A DNA stretch of 64,000 nucleotides. Origin: Escherichia coli. GTDB taxonomy: Bacteria > Pseudomonadota > Gammaproteobacteria > Enterobacterales > Enterobacteriaceae. The notes under the pieces were generated by a model. That model did no database searches, was not told the DNA's origin, and saw nothing but the letters and a program-made list of their open reading frames with translations. Positions 19,517 to 31,999 of this stretch are shown piece after piece (positions within the stretch are counted from its first letter, which is position 1; every line of letters begins with the position of its first letter). The stretch is from the NCBI RefSeq assembly GCF_003790525.1, contig NZ_CP033635.1. One strand, written 5' to 3'. Made by a program: the position numbers and the translations under genes.

Positions 19517-20710
19517 TTATTTCGTTTTTACGTTTTTCTCCATAAGTGAATCAATGTAATCAGCGTACCACTGCATCATTTCACGACGTCCATCCAGATA
19601 TTGCGCATGGTTATAAGTGCCACGCATGACGTTTTTATCAACATGAGCAAGCTGGAGTTCAATCCAGGCTGAGCTGAAATCATGGTCATGGAGAATGGTG
19701 CTGAAGGTATGACGAAATCCGTGGGCTGTTGTCAGGGCATGCCAGCCTGACTGCTCAAGGAATTCATTGATACACTTGCGGTTTCGCGGGAGATCTTTTC
19801 TGAATGCACCAGGAATAATAAAGGCGGAATTACGCGATTCAGTGCGTGTTTTTATCTCCTCCAGTAACGCCAGTACCTGGCGTGAAAGCGGCACAACGTG
19901 CGGTCGTCGCATTTTCATTCTTTCTTTCGGAATAACCCACAGGGCCTCCGTGAAATTAATTTCGTCCCAGGTTGCCAGTCGCAGTTCTCCGGTGCGAACA
20001 GCAGTCAGAACCAGCATCTGCGTTGCCAGCGACATCAGATTTTCGGATGCCGTTATCTGATGCATGAAAGCTCCCATCTGTTCTTCAGAAAGCGTCCTGC
20101 GCTGTTGTTTTTCAGGAGGAAGCAGTACCCCGCTGAGTGTCGATGCCGGATTAACGGTAGCACGTCCTGTTGCTATGGCATAATCAAAAACCTGCGCACA
20201 GAGCTGGCGTGTTTTACGCAGTGCTTCAAGTTTTCCCTGTTCTTCTATAGTCCTCAGAACGTTCAGTATTTCCATGGGGCGGATCCCGGTCACAGGACGG
20301 TTTCCAAGAGCAGGGAAAACATGATTTTCAAGTCTTGCACGCTGATCTGCCTGGTAACCTGTTGTCCATCGACGTGCCATATGGGTAAGCAGCTCCTCTG
20401 CAATGGTGCGAAATGTGCAGGCCATACTTTCCCTGATGGCAAGTTTTCGCGCCTGTTTTTCATACGACGGATCTTTACCTTCAGCCAGAAGTTTCCGTGC
20501 TTCATCCCGCTTCTGACGAGCCTGAGCCAGTGATATGTCAGGATAGACACCAATCACCAGTTTCTTTTCCTTACCGGCAAAGCGGTACTTCAGATTCCAG
20601 TAACGGGCACCGGATTTTTTGACAAGAAGATAAAGGCCCTGACCGTCAGAAAGTTTGTAATCCCTGTCAGCAGGTTTAGCCGACTCAATTTGTCGAACAG
20701 TAAGTGGCAT
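19517..20710 (-). CDS. tyrosine recombinase, P4-type phage/island integrase (397 aa)
   Basis: Full-length ORF with typical P4-family N-terminus (MPLTVRQIESAKPADRDYKLSDGQGLYLLV) and catalytic C-terminal region (HGFRHTFST...). Confidence 0.9.
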   Translation of the reverse strand: MPLTVRQIESAKPADRDYKLSDGQGLYLLVKKSGARYWNLKYRFAGKEKKLVIGVYPDISLAQARQKRDEARKLLAEGKDPSYEKQARKLAIRESMACTFRTIAEELLTHMARRWTTGYQADQRARLENHVFPALGNRPVTGIRPMEILNVLRTIEEQGKLEALRKTRQLCAQVFDYAIATGRATVNPASTLSGVLLPPEKQQRRTLSEEQMGAFMHQITASENLMSLATQMLVLTAVRTGELRLATWDEINFTEALWVIPKERMKMRRPHVVPLSRQVLALLEEIKTRTESRNSAFIIPGAFRKDLPRNRKCINEFLEQSGWHALTTAHGFRHTFSTILHDHDFSSAWIELQLAHVDKNVMRGTYNHAQYLDGRREMMQWYADYIDSLMEKNVKTK

Positions 20711-20924
20711 GATGTTACCCCTGCAATGTAGCCCCCATAATAGCCCCCAAAATCATCTTGATGTTCATGGAATATGATTTACCCCCAGAGAGAAGGAATT
20801 TCTTATGATACCTTATTTCAAAGGGGGTTAAAGGGGGAGGGGTTATCTCTGTTGAAATCAGTTGATATCAATAGATCCTCCCCAGAGGGGCGAGGGGACC
20901 GTTCGAACTCGTATTTGACTTTGT

Positions 20925-20953
20925 CAACAATAATAAAGGGAGCTTTCGCTCCC
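20925..20953 (-). terminator. rho-independent terminator of lptG
   Basis: GGGAGCGAAAGCTCCC hairpin followed on the minus strand by TTTATTATT. Confidence 0.6.
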
Positions 20954-20961
20954 TTGTTAGA

Positions 20962-22044
20962 TTACGATTTTCTCATTAACAGCCACAGGCTGATTAAGAA
21001 GAAGCTGGCGCTTGGCAACAGTGCGCCGATGATCGGCGGGATGCCATAAACCAACGTCAGCGGGCCGAAGATCTGGTCCAGTACGTAGAAGACAAAACCG
21101 AAGCTGATACCGGTGACCACACGCACGCCCATCGGTACGCTACGCAGTGGGCCAAAGATAAACGACAGCGCCATCAGCATCATCACCGCCACGGATAGCG
21201 GCTGGAAGATTTTGCTCCACATGTTGAGCTGATAACGTCCGGCATCCTGACCGCTCGACTTCAGATACTTCACATAGTTGTGCAAACCACTGATGGAGAG
21301 TGCATCCGGGTCCAGCGCCACCACGCCCAGTTTGTCTGGCGTGAGGTTGGTTTTCCAGGTGCCGCTCACCGTCTGCGAACCGGTGATCTGTTTCGGATTG
21401 GTCAGATCAGATTCATCAACCTGCGACAGACGCCAGACTTTATGTTCCGGGTCAAACTTCGCGGTAGCGGCATAACGTACGGATTGCAGACGACGATTCT
21501 CGTTAAAGGCATAAATACTGATGCCACCTAACTCTTCGTCACCTTTAACCCGCTCAATGTAGACGAAGTTGTTGCCATCTTTCGCCCATAAGCCTTGCTG
21601 AGTGGAGAGCAACGAGCCGCCGTACATCGCCTGCGCACGGTAGTTACGCGCCATCTGCTCGCCCTGCGGCGCGACCCATTCACCAATCGCCATCGTCAGC
21701 AAGACCAGCGGAATGGCGGTTTTCATCACCGACAGCGCCACCTGCATACGGGTAAAACCAGAAGCCTGCATGACTACCAGTTCGCTGCGCTGCGCCAGCA
21801 TCCCAAGACCAAGCAACGCCCCAAGCAGAGCCGCCATCGGGAAGAAGATTTGCACATCTTTCGGCACGCTCAGCAAGGTATACATTCCTGCGCCTAACGC
21901 GTCGTAACTCCCCTGCCCGGCTTTTTTCAGCTGATCGACAAACTTGATAATGCCCGACAGCGACACCAGCATGAACAGCGTCATCATGATGGTGGTGAAA
22001 ATAGTTTTACCGATATAGCGGTCAAGTACGCCAAAAGGTTGCAT
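20962..22044 (-). CDS. lptG: LPS export ABC transporter permease LptG
   Basis: ORF matches LptG; start overlaps lptF stop (TGATG). Confidence 0.9.
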   Translation of the reverse strand: MQPFGVLDRYIGKTIFTTIMMTLFMLVSLSGIIKFVDQLKKAGQGSYDALGAGMYTLLSVPKDVQIFFPMAALLGALLGLGMLAQRSELVVMQASGFTRMQVALSVMKTAIPLVLLTMAIGEWVAPQGEQMARNYRAQAMYGGSLLSTQQGLWAKDGNNFVYIERVKGDEELGGISIYAFNENRRLQSVRYAATAKFDPEHKVWRLSQVDESDLTNPKQITGSQTVSGTWKTNLTPDKLGVVALDPDALSISGLHNYVKYLKSSGQDAGRYQLNMWSKIFQPLSVAVMMLMALSFIFGPLRSVPMGVRVVTGISFGFVFYVLDQIFGPLTLVYGIPPIIGALLPSASFFLISLWLLMRKS

Positions 22045-23144
22045 CACACCGCTCCTTTACGCGAAAAACTGGCGCGCAGGCGGCGGACCGGCACGGTGTC
22101 CCAAAGGTTGAGAACAATCGCCAAAGCCAGATAAATCAGGTTAACGGTCCACATCCACAGCGTCGGGTCCAGCTTACCTTTACCGCCGTTCGATTTCAGG
22201 GAGGTCTGGATCAGGAAGAACAACAGATACAGCAGCATGGCTGGCAGCATCGATAGTACGCGTCCCTGACGCGGGTTAACCACGCTCAGCGGTACGACCA
22301 TAAGTGCCATCATAAACACGGTGAACACCAACGTGATACGCCAGTTCAGTTCTGCGCGAGCACGATCGGTGTCAGTGTTCCACAATGTGCGCATGTCCAT
22401 CTGGTCGGTATCGTTCGGGTCGAGCGCCACCGCCTGGTGACCAATGATCGCCTGATAATCCTGGAAATCCGTAATGCGGAAATCACGTAACAGTGCAGTG
22501 CCTTCGAAGCGCGTTCCCTGGTTGAGAGTGACGACCTGGGAGCCGTCGCGCAGCTGGGTTAAATGTCCGGAATCGGCCACCACCACAGAAGGTCGTGCAT
22601 TACCTTTTGGTCGAATTTGCGCGAGGAACACATCTTTGAAATCGCTGCCGTCAACGCTTTCGATGAACAGCACCGAGCTGCCATTAGTCGCTTGCTGGAA
22701 TTGCCCTTGCGCAAGCGCCGCCATGCCAGGGTTCGCTTTCGCTTCTGCTAACACTTCATCCTGATGACGCGATGACCACGGTCCCGCCCACATCACGTTA
22801 ACCGCCGCGACGATTGCCGTGAATACCGCAAGGATCATTGCCGCTTTCACCAGCACCGCTTTGCTCAGGCCGCAGGCATGCATTACCGTAATTTCACTTT
22901 CGGTATACAGTTTGCCCAGCGTCATCAGCAGCCCGAGGAACAGGCTTAATGGCAGGATAAGCTGCGCCATTTCCGGCACGCCCAACCCGAGAAGGGAGAG
23001 CACCAGATTCGCCGGAATATCGCCGTCAACCGCTGCGCCGAGGATCCTCACTAACTTTTGACAGAAGAAGATCAAAAGCAAGATGAAGAGTATCGCCAGC
23101 TGGCTTTTGAGCGTCTCCCGCACCAGATATCTTATGATTATCAC
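22044..23144 (-). CDS. lptF: LPS export ABC transporter permease LptF
   Basis: 366-aa ORF, LptF sequence and synteny. Confidence 0.9.
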   Translation of the reverse strand: MIIIRYLVRETLKSQLAILFILLLIFFCQKLVRILGAAVDGDIPANLVLSLLGLGVPEMAQLILPLSLFLGLLMTLGKLYTESEITVMHACGLSKAVLVKAAMILAVFTAIVAAVNVMWAGPWSSRHQDEVLAEAKANPGMAALAQGQFQQATNGSSVLFIESVDGSDFKDVFLAQIRPKGNARPSVVVADSGHLTQLRDGSQVVTLNQGTRFEGTALLRDFRITDFQDYQAIIGHQAVALDPNDTDQMDMRTLWNTDTDRARAELNWRITLVFTVFMMALMVVPLSVVNPRQGRVLSMLPAMLLYLLFFLIQTSLKSNGGKGKLDPTLWMWTVNLIYLALAIVLNLWDTVPVRRLRASFSRKGAV

Positions 23145-23407
23145 TTTAAATACGCCCGTAAAAACTCGTCTTTTGCAGGATTTTAGCTTGTTTCATGGCT
23201 TAAACGTCATTTATTCTCTTGAGTCGTCGAAATCGTCGCTAAGATAATTATACTCAACGGATTCACCTCTCAGATTTTGTTCTGACGTGCCAATGCCGTA
23301 ATAACGTTAAGATTAACACGAAGTCATCGCAACAGCGGACATGAGTTACGAAAGCTTGCAATTCTATCTGTAGCCACCGCCGTTGTCTTTAAGATTCAGG
23401 AGCGTAG

Positions 23408-24922
<1,515 letters not shown>

Positions 24923-24934
24923 GTTTGCGTTTTA

Positions 24935-24972
24935 CCCTCACCCTAACCCTCTCCCTAAGGGAGGGGGAACCG
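24935..24972. repeat. C-rich palindromic intergenic repeat (CCCTCACCCTAACCCTCTCCCT-AAGGGAGGGGGAACCG)
   Basis: Near-identical copy at 48575-48616; partial related motif near 20880-20910. Confidence 0.6.
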
Positions 24973-25055
24973 ATCGAGCGCAATAGAAATTCATTGCTCA
25001 TCTTTCAGGGTGAGGAATGCAGCAATATTTAAATCCACCACAAGAAGCCCCATAT

Positions 25056-25499
25056 ATGAAAAACGCAACGTTCTACCTTCTGGACAATGACACCACCGTC
25101 GATGGCTTAAGCGCCGTTGAGCAACTGGTGTGTGAAATTGCCGCAGAACGTTGGCGCAGCGGTAAGCGCGTACTCATCGCCTGTGAAGATGAAAAGCAGG
25201 CTTACCGGCTGGATGAAGCCCTGTGGGCGCGTCCGGCAGAAAGCTTTGTCCCGCATAATTTAGCGGGAGAAGGACCGCGCGGCGGTGCGCCGGTGGAGAT
25301 CGCCTGGCCGCAAAAACGCAGCAGCAGCCCGCGCGATATATTGATTAGTCTGCGAACAAGCTTTGCAGATTTTGCCACCGCTTTCACAGAAGTGGTAGAC
25401 TTCGTTCCTTATGAAGATTCTCTGAAACAACTGGCGCGCGAACGCTATAAAGCCTACCGCGTGGCTGGTTTCAACCTGAATACGGCAACCTGGAAATAA
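25056..25499 (+). CDS. holC: DNA polymerase III chi subunit
   Basis: 147-aa protein from internal ATG ([13 protein letters not shown]...); stop overlaps valS start. Confidence 0.9.
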   Translation: MKNATFYLLDNDTTVDGLSAVEQLVCEIAAERWRSGKRVLIACEDEKQAYRLDEALWARPAESFVPHNLAGEGPRGGAPVEIAWPQKRSSSPRDILISLRTSFADFATAFTEVVDFVPYEDSLKQLARERYKAYRVAGFNLNTATWK

Positions 25500-28354
25500 T
25501 GGAAAAGACATATAACCCACAAGATATCGAACAGCCGCTTTACGAGCACTGGGAAAAGCAGGGCTACTTTAAGCCTAATGGCGATGAAAGCCAGGAAAGT
25601 TTCTGCATCATGATCCCGCCGCCGAACGTCACCGGCAGTTTGCATATGGGTCACGCCTTCCAGCAAACCATCATGGATACCATGATCCGCTATCAGCGTA
25701 TGCAGGGTAAAAACACCCTGTGGCAGGTCGGTACTGACCACGCCGGGATCGCTACCCAGATGGTCGTTGAGCGCAAGATTGCCGCAGAAGAAGGTAAAAC
25801 CCGTCACGATTACGGCCGCGAAGCTTTCATCGACAAAATCTGGGAATGGAAAGCGGAATCCGGCGGCACCATTACCCGTCAGATGCGTCGTCTCGGCAAC
25901 TCCGTGGACTGGGAGCGTGAACGCTTCACGATGGACGAAGGCCTGTCCAATGCAGTGAAAGAAGTTTTCGTTCGTCTGTATAAAGAAGACCTGATTTACC
26001 GTGGCAAACGCCTGGTAAACTGGGACCCGAAACTGCGCACCGCTATCTCCGACCTGGAAGTGGAAAACCGCGAATCGAAAGGTTCGATGTGGCACATCCG
26101 CTATCCGCTGGCTGACGGCGCGAAAACCGCAGACGGTAAAGATTATCTGGTGGTTGCGACTACCCGTCCGGAAACCCTGCTGGGCGATACCGGCGTGGCC
26201 GTTAACCCGGAAGATCCGCGTTATAAAGATCTGATTGGCAAATATGTCATTCTGCCGCTGGTTAACCGTCGTATTCCGATCGTTGGCGACGAACACGCCG
26301 ACATGGAAAAAGGCACTGGCTGCGTGAAGATCACCCCAGCGCACGACTTTAACGACTATGAAGTCGGTAAACGTCACGCCCTGCCGATGATCAACATCCT
26401 GACCTTTGACGGTGATATCCGTGAAAGCGCCCAGGTGTTCGATACCAAAGGTAACGAATCTGACGTTTATTCCAGCGAAATCCCGGCAGAGTTCCAGAAA
26501 CTCGAGCGTTTTGCTGCACGTAAAGCCGTCGTTGCTGCGGTTGACGCGCTCGGCCTGCTGGAAGAAATTAAACCGCACGACCTGACCGTTCCTTACGGCG
26601 ACCGTGGCGGCGTGGTTATCGAACCGATGCTGACCGACCAGTGGTACGTGCGTGCCGATGTACTGGCGAAACCGGCAGTTGAAGCGGTTGAGAACGGCGA
26701 CATTCAGTTCGTACCGAAGCAGTACGAAAACATGTACTTCTCCTGGATGCGCGATATTCAGGACTGGTGTATCTCTCGTCAGCTATGGTGGGGTCACCGT
26801 ATCCCGGCATGGTATGACGAAGCGGGTAACGTTTATGTTGGCCGCAACGAAGACGAAGTGCGTAAAGAAAATAACCTCGGTGCTGATGTTGTCCTGCGTC
26901 AGGACGAAGACGTTCTCGACACCTGGTTCTCTTCTGCGCTGTGGACCTTCTCTACCCTTGGCTGGCCGGAAAATACCGACGCCCTGCGTCAGTTCCACCC
27001 AACCAGCGTGATGGTATCTGGTTTCGACATCATCTTCTTCTGGATTGCCCGCATGATCATGATGACCATGCACTTCATCAAAGATGAAAATGGCAAACCG
27101 CAGGTGCCGTTCCACACTGTTTACATGACCGGTCTGATTCGTGACGACGAAGGCCAGAAGATGTCCAAATCCAAGGGTAACGTTATCGACCCGCTGGATA
27201 TGGTTGACGGTATTTCGCTGCCAGAACTGCTGGAAAAACGTACCGGCAATATGATGCAGCCGCAGCTGGCGGACAAAATCCGTAAGCGCACCGAGAAACA
27301 GTTCCCGAACGGCATTGAGCCGCACGGCACCGATGCCCTGCGCTTCACCCTGGCGGCGCTGGCTTCTACCGGTCGTGACATCAACTGGGATATGAAGCGT
27401 CTGGAAGGCTACCGTAACTTCTGTAACAAGCTGTGGAACGCCAGCCGCTTTGTGCTGATGAACACAGAAGGTCAGGATTGCGGCTTCAACGGCGGTGAAA
27501 TGACGCTGTCGCTGGCGGACCGCTGGATTCTGGCGGAGTTCAACCAGACCATCAAAGCGTACCGCGAAGCGCTGGACAGCTTCCGTTTCGATATTGCCGC
27601 AGGCATTCTGTATGAATTCACCTGGAACCAGTTCTGTGACTGGTATCTGGAGCTGACCAAGCCGGTAATGAACGGTGGCACCGAAGCCGAACTGCGCGGT
27701 ACTCGCCATACGCTGGTGACTGTACTGGAAGGTCTGCTGCGCCTCGCGCATCCGATCATTCCGTTCATCACCGAAACCATCTGGCAGCGTGTGAAAGTAC
27801 TTTGCGGTATCACTGCCGACACCATCATGCTGCAACCGTTCCCGCAGTACGATGCGTCTCAGGTCGATGAAGCCGCACTGGCCGACACCGAGTGGCTGAA
27901 GCAGGCGATCGTTGCGGTACGTAACATCCGTGCAGAAATGAACATCGCACCGGGTAAACCGCTGGAGCTGCTGCTGCGTGGTTGCAGCGCGGATGCAGAA
28001 CGTCGCGTAAATGAAAACCGTGGCTTCCTGCAAACGCTGGCGCGTCTGGAAAGTATCACCGTGCTGCCTGCCGATGACAAAGGTCCGGTTTCCGTTACCA
28101 AGATCATCGACGGCGCAGAGCTGCTGATCCCGATGGCTGGCCTCATCAACAAAGAAGATGAGCTGGCGCGTCTGGCGAAAGAAGTGGCGAAGATTGAAGG
28201 TGAAATCAGCCGTATCGAGAACAAACTGGCGAACGAAGGCTTTGTCGCCCGCGCACCGGAAGCGGTCATCGCGAAAGAGCGTGAGAAGCTGGAAGGCTAT
28301 GCAGAAGCGAAAGCGAAGCTGATTGAACAGCAGGCTGTTATCGCCGCGCTGTAA
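25499..28354 (+). CDS. valS: valine--tRNA ligase
   Basis: 951-aa ORF with HMGH and KMSKS motifs. Confidence 0.95.
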   Translation: MEKTYNPQDIEQPLYEHWEKQGYFKPNGDESQESFCIMIPPPNVTGSLHMGHAFQQTIMDTMIRYQRMQGKNTLWQVGTDHAGIATQMVVERKIAAEEGKTRHDYGREAFIDKIWEWKAESGGTITRQMRRLGNSVDWERERFTMDEGLSNAVKEVFVRLYKEDLIYRGKRLVNWDPKLRTAISDLEVENRESKGSMWHIRYPLADGAKTADGKDYLVVATTRPETLLGDTGVAVNPEDPRYKDLIGKYVILPLVNRRIPIVGDEHADMEKGTGCVKITPAHDFNDYEVGKRHALPMINILTFDGDIRESAQVFDTKGNESDVYSSEIPAEFQKLERFAARKAVVAAVDALGLLEEIKPHDLTVPYGDRGGVVIEPMLTDQWYVRADVLAKPAVEAVENGDIQFVPKQYENMYFSWMRDIQDWCISRQLWWGHRIPAWYDEAGNVYVGRNEDEVRKENNLGADVVLRQDEDVLDTWFSSALWTFSTLGWPENTDALRQFHPTSVMVSGFDIIFFWIARMIMMTMHFIKDENGKPQVPFHTVYMTGLIRDDEGQKMSKSKGNVIDPLDMVDGISLPELLEKRTGNMMQPQLADKIRKRTEKQFPNGIEPHGTDALRFTLAALASTGRDINWDMKRLEGYRNFCNKLWNASRFVLMNTEGQDCGFNGGEMTLSLADRWILAEFNQTIKAYREALDSFRFDIAAGILYEFTWNQFCDWYLELTKPVMNGGTEAELRGTRHTLVTVLEGLLRLAHPIIPFITETIWQRVKVLCGITADTIMLQPFPQYDASQVDEAALADTEWLKQAIVAVRNIRAEMNIAPGKPLELLLRGCSADAERRVNENRGFLQTLARLESITVLPADDKGPVSVTKIIDGAELLIPMAGLINKEDELARLAKEVAKIEGEISRIENKLANEGFVARAPEAVIAKEREKLEGYAEAKAKLIEQQAVIAAL

Positions 28355-28366
28355 TCAACACCGTGA

Positions 28367-28392
28367 TGAAAACGAAGGCCGGAGCATGCGCC
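28367..28392 (+). terminator. valS terminator (GGCCGG-agcatgcg-CCGGCC + T6)
   Basis: Hairpin and T-run immediately after the valS stop. Confidence 0.65.
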
Positions 28393-28407
28393 GGCCTTTT
28401 TTATCTC

Positions 28408-29604
28408 TTACAGAAATGGTAAAGAAGGCATAACTCCCCGTGAAATACTGGCTAAGAAGCCTTTATCTGGTTGTTCTTCTTTATTGATTAAAGGAAGGTC
28501 ATCCAAATCGCCCAGCAAATACGTATTTTTTGCCTGCCAGTCAATCATCCATATTTTCAGCAGTGGGTAAGCCAGACCACCCGTAATCCCGGATATCACC
28601 ACCAACGCACACATGCGATAAAGCATACCGTGGTACGTTAAAGTTGAGCGAAAACGAATACGCCCATCATTCAGTGACAGGTTGCTCATAAAATGATTTC
28701 GCAACGACACCGTTAAATAACTGGTGCTAACAGCAATCCCAAAATAATAGATTAACTGCGCGATTATCATTTTACGTTGCATTTCCATAAATTGCTGTAA
28801 ATTCTCAATATTATCATTTGCATACCCAGAACTATCATACTCATTTAATATTTGATCGAAGATAATATAACCAGCAACAGCGAGAAAAGGTAATAAAGCT
28901 AAAAATGCGAGAATGGCATATTTTATACAATATGTAGTATCTAATTTCACCTTGAAACGGTGTATACCGAAACTGGTATTACTCCAGAGAAAACTCATTA
29001 CCAGACTATATAAAGTGCCATTAAAAATACCAATGGAAACAATACCAACTATTGTCATCAGAACCACAGATATAATAACGCTACTTGAACTATTGGCATG
29101 TAGCATCTTTGTCGAGATAAAGAAAACAGTCCCCATCCCAAGGGCCATTAAAATCGGCAAGAAAAAGGTCACCCACCAGAACCCTTTCATAGAGCAATTA
29201 AAACTAAATCTTACGCCGTTGAGACTGGTCATCAAGGCCTGATAACGCAGTCCTTTTGCTGCCATAAATATAAGCAAAACCAACAGTGACAAAGTCAAAA
29301 CACAGCCAATAAGCGGCATATCTGCTGACACTGTCATTAAGATTGCGAAATAGAAAAAAACAAAAACAAGACAACTAACAAAAACATTCCCACCGGTAAT
29401 CCCATAAGAAAATCGTTGTCCGTTAACTTCCATATTAGCATAGAGATAACGCTTACATTTCATTAATGCCCATGGTAAATAGATACCTAGCGTTATAATC
29501 GTTAACAACACATTCACCACACAAATAAGAAAATATCTCTCACCTGTACCATGAAAAACAAACGAATGGGACGGAACATCCATATCATTAATAACTTGAG
29601 CCAT
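28408..29604 (-). CDS. yjgN: inner-membrane protein YjgN (DUF898)
   Basis: Multi-TM ORF, AT-rich, K-12 synteny next to valS. Confidence 0.8.
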   Translation of the reverse strand: MAQVINDMDVPSHSFVFHGTGERYFLICVVNVLLTIITLGIYLPWALMKCKRYLYANMEVNGQRFSYGITGGNVFVSCLVFVFFYFAILMTVSADMPLIGCVLTLSLLVLLIFMAAKGLRYQALMTSLNGVRFSFNCSMKGFWWVTFFLPILMALGMGTVFFISTKMLHANSSSSVIISVVLMTIVGIVSIGIFNGTLYSLVMSFLWSNTSFGIHRFKVKLDTTYCIKYAILAFLALLPFLAVAGYIIFDQILNEYDSSGYANDNIENLQQFMEMQRKMIIAQLIYYFGIAVSTSYLTVSLRNHFMSNLSLNDGRIRFRSTLTYHGMLYRMCALVVISGITGGLAYPLLKIWMIDWQAKNTYLLGDLDDLPLINKEEQPDKGFLASISRGVMPSLPFL

Positions 29605-29796
29605 AAAAATTCCCTGAATTAAAAAATCCATTGATATAATTTATATATACAGACAGTAAAATGTTCTGCCACGTTACAATACTCTTATCAGTAATAGGCT
29701 GGCAAAAACTTTATTGCTTTATAAGATGCTTGCGCACGTAAGAAGAGAGTGGTATTAAACAAATGTATAATTACTTTATTTTTATTGGGTTAAACT

Positions 29797-30300
29797 ATGA
29801 ATAACATTGCGCCGCAATCACCTGTAATGCGTCGCCTGACGCTGCAGGATAATCCTGCTATCGCCCGCGTCATTCGTCAGGTATCCGCCGAATACGGTCT
29901 TACCGCTGATAAAGGCTACACCGTCGCCGATCCGAATCTTGACGAGCTGTATCAAGTGTATAGTCAGCCTGGCCATGCATATTGGGTGGTTGAGTACGAG
30001 GGTGAAGTGGTCGGCGGCGGTGGGATTGCGCCATTAACCGGGAGTGAGTCGGACATTTGCGAACTGCAAAAGATGTATTTTCTTCCGGCTATTCGCGGTA
30101 AAGGGCTAGCGAAAAAACTGGCCTTAATGGCGATGGAGCAGGCACGAGAGATGGGCTTCAAACGCTGCTATCTGGAAACGACCGCTTTTTTAAAGGAAGC
30201 CATTGCGCTTTATGAGCATTTGGGCTTTGAGCATATCGACTATGCGCTTGGCTGCACGGGCCATGTCGATTGTGAAGTGCGGATGCTACGCGAACTCTAA
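29797..30300 (+). CDS. yjgM: GNAT-family acetyltransferase YjgM
   Basis: 167-aa ORF, synteny. Confidence 0.8.
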   Translation: MNNIAPQSPVMRRLTLQDNPAIARVIRQVSAEYGLTADKGYTVADPNLDELYQVYSQPGHAYWVVEYEGEVVGGGGIAPLTGSESDICELQKMYFLPAIRGKGLAKKLALMAMEQAREMGFKRCYLETTAFLKEAIALYEHLGFEHIDYALGCTGHVDCEVRMLREL

Positions 30301-30345
30301 AAAAATGCCCGCTAGTATGTGCTATCGGGCATTTTAATCAATTAA

Positions 30346-30762
30346 TTAGTGGCGAACCCCGTCATCGTCTTCATCGACAAAATCTTCATCGTCGCCATCT
30401 TCGCCGTTAGGATCTTCAAAGTAAGTGCCCCAACCGTCGTACTCAACGTCAAATTTCTCCGCCAGCGTCATCAGTTGTTCAACCTGGGCATCGATCAGAT
30501 CGGCATTCAACGCGCACTCGCTGAGGATGTCGCAGCAAATCACGATATCACCATCTTCAACTTCCAGCTCTTCTGGATCGGTCACTTCGTAACCGAGTTT
30601 AAACGCTTCAACTGCCGCTTTTTCCAGAGTTTCCAGATCGTCTGCGGAAAGATGGTGTTCGATGGTGTACAGCGCGTCCGGATCGCTGCCATCTTCCAGT
30701 AATTCTTCAATAATCAAACGTGTTTCTTCACGCTGTTCTTCCAGTTGTTCCGGGTTTGCCAT
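30346..30762 (-). CDS. rraB: RNase E regulator RraB
   Basis: 138-aa highly acidic protein, recognised sequence. Confidence 0.9.
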
Positions 30763-30859
30763 GGCTCATTCCTCTTAATGTCCTGCCGATACTCTTATTG
30801 TCACACACCACTGACATTGCCTCCACCTTTGTGATAAAGATTTATGCTTTAGACTTGCA

Positions 30860-30898
30860 AATGAATAATAATTCATATAAATTGAATTTTAATTCATT
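30860..30898 (+). promoter_or_regulatory. tandem ARG boxes (ArgR operator) upstream of argI
   Basis: AATGAATAATAATTCATA and AATTGAATTTTAATTCATT match the TGAAT-n-ATTCA ARG-box pattern. Confidence 0.65.
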
Positions 30899-30923
30899 AA
30901 GGCGTTAGCCACAGGAGGGATCT

Positions 30924-31928
30924 ATGTCCGGGTTTTATCATAAGCATTTCCTGAAATTACTCGATTTCACGCCAGCTGAACTCAACAGCCTGCTGCAGTT
31001 AGCCGCGAAGCTGAAAGCCGATAAGAAAAGCGGTAAAGAAGAAGCCAAACTCACTGGTAAAAACATCGCGCTCATCTTCGAAAAAGACTCGACCCGTACC
31101 CGATGCTCTTTCGAAGTTGCCGCATATGACCAGGGTGCTCGTGTTACTTATCTCGGCCCAAGCGGCAGCCAAATTGGTCATAAAGAGTCGATTAAAGACA
31201 CTGCCCGCGTGCTTGGTCGCATGTATGACGGTATTCAGTATCGCGGCTATGGTCAGGAGATTGTCGAAACACTGGCGGAATACGCTGGCGTGCCGGTATG
31301 GAACGGCCTGACCAATGAGTTTCACCCCACGCAGCTGCTGGCGGATCTCCTCACCATGCAGGAGCATTTGCCCGGCAAAACGTTCAACGAAATGACGCTG
31401 GTCTATGCAGGTGACGCACGTAACAACATGGGCAATTCGATGCTCGAAGCTGCAGCGCTTACCGGTCTGGATTTGCGTCTGGTCGCGCCACAGGCATGCT
31501 GGCCGGAAGCTGCGCTGGTTACGGAATGCCGCGCCCTGGCACAACAAAATGGCGGGAATATTACGCTGACGGAAGATGTAGCTAAAGGAGTTGAAGGTGC
31601 TGACTTTATCTATACCGATGTATGGGTGTCGATGGGTGAAGCAAAAGAGAAATGGGCTGAACGCATTGCATTGCTGCGTGATTATCAAGTGAACAGCAAG
31701 ATGATGCAGTTGACCGGTAACCCGGAGGTCAAATTCCTCCACTGCCTGCCCGCGTTTCATGACGACCAAACGACGCTTGGCAAAAAAATGGCGGAAGAGT
31801 TTGGCCTACATGGCGGAATGGAAGTGACTGATGAGGTCTTCGAATCTGCCGCCAGCATTGTATTTGATCAGGCGGAAAACCGCATGCATACCATCAAAGC
31901 GGTGATGGTCGCGACGCTCAGTAAATAA
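30924..31928 (+). CDS. argI: ornithine carbamoyltransferase
   Basis: 334-aa ORF with STRTR and HCLP motifs. Confidence 0.95.
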   Translation: MSGFYHKHFLKLLDFTPAELNSLLQLAAKLKADKKSGKEEAKLTGKNIALIFEKDSTRTRCSFEVAAYDQGARVTYLGPSGSQIGHKESIKDTARVLGRMYDGIQYRGYGQEIVETLAEYAGVPVWNGLTNEFHPTQLLADLLTMQEHLPGKTFNEMTLVYAGDARNNMGNSMLEAAALTGLDLRLVAPQACWPEAALVTECRALAQQNGGNITLTEDVAKGVEGADFIYTDVWVSMGEAKEKWAERIALLRDYQVNSKMMQLTGNPEVKFLHCLPAFHDDQTTLGKKMAEEFGLHGGMEVTDEVFESAASIVFDQAENRMHTIKAVMVATLSK

Positions 31929-31999
31929 TTGATATCGCTATAAAGATGCCGGGAAATACAAAAACATCCCGGCGTCACATTATTTTATGCAGTGATAGT

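Noticed and set aside
20711-20961. Possible tRNA or tRNA 3' fragment at the integrase-proximal island boundary (GGACCGTTCGAACTCG resembles a T-arm)
   Set aside because: No acceptor stem or CCA context, no match to leuX in either orientation; more likely part of the C-rich palindromic repeat family. Needs tRNAscan to be certain.
25454-28033. Long minus-strand ORFs (25454..26578, 26783..28033) antisense to valS
   Set aside because: They lie entirely within the well-supported valS frame and have no independent start signals; typical antisense artefacts of a long coding region.
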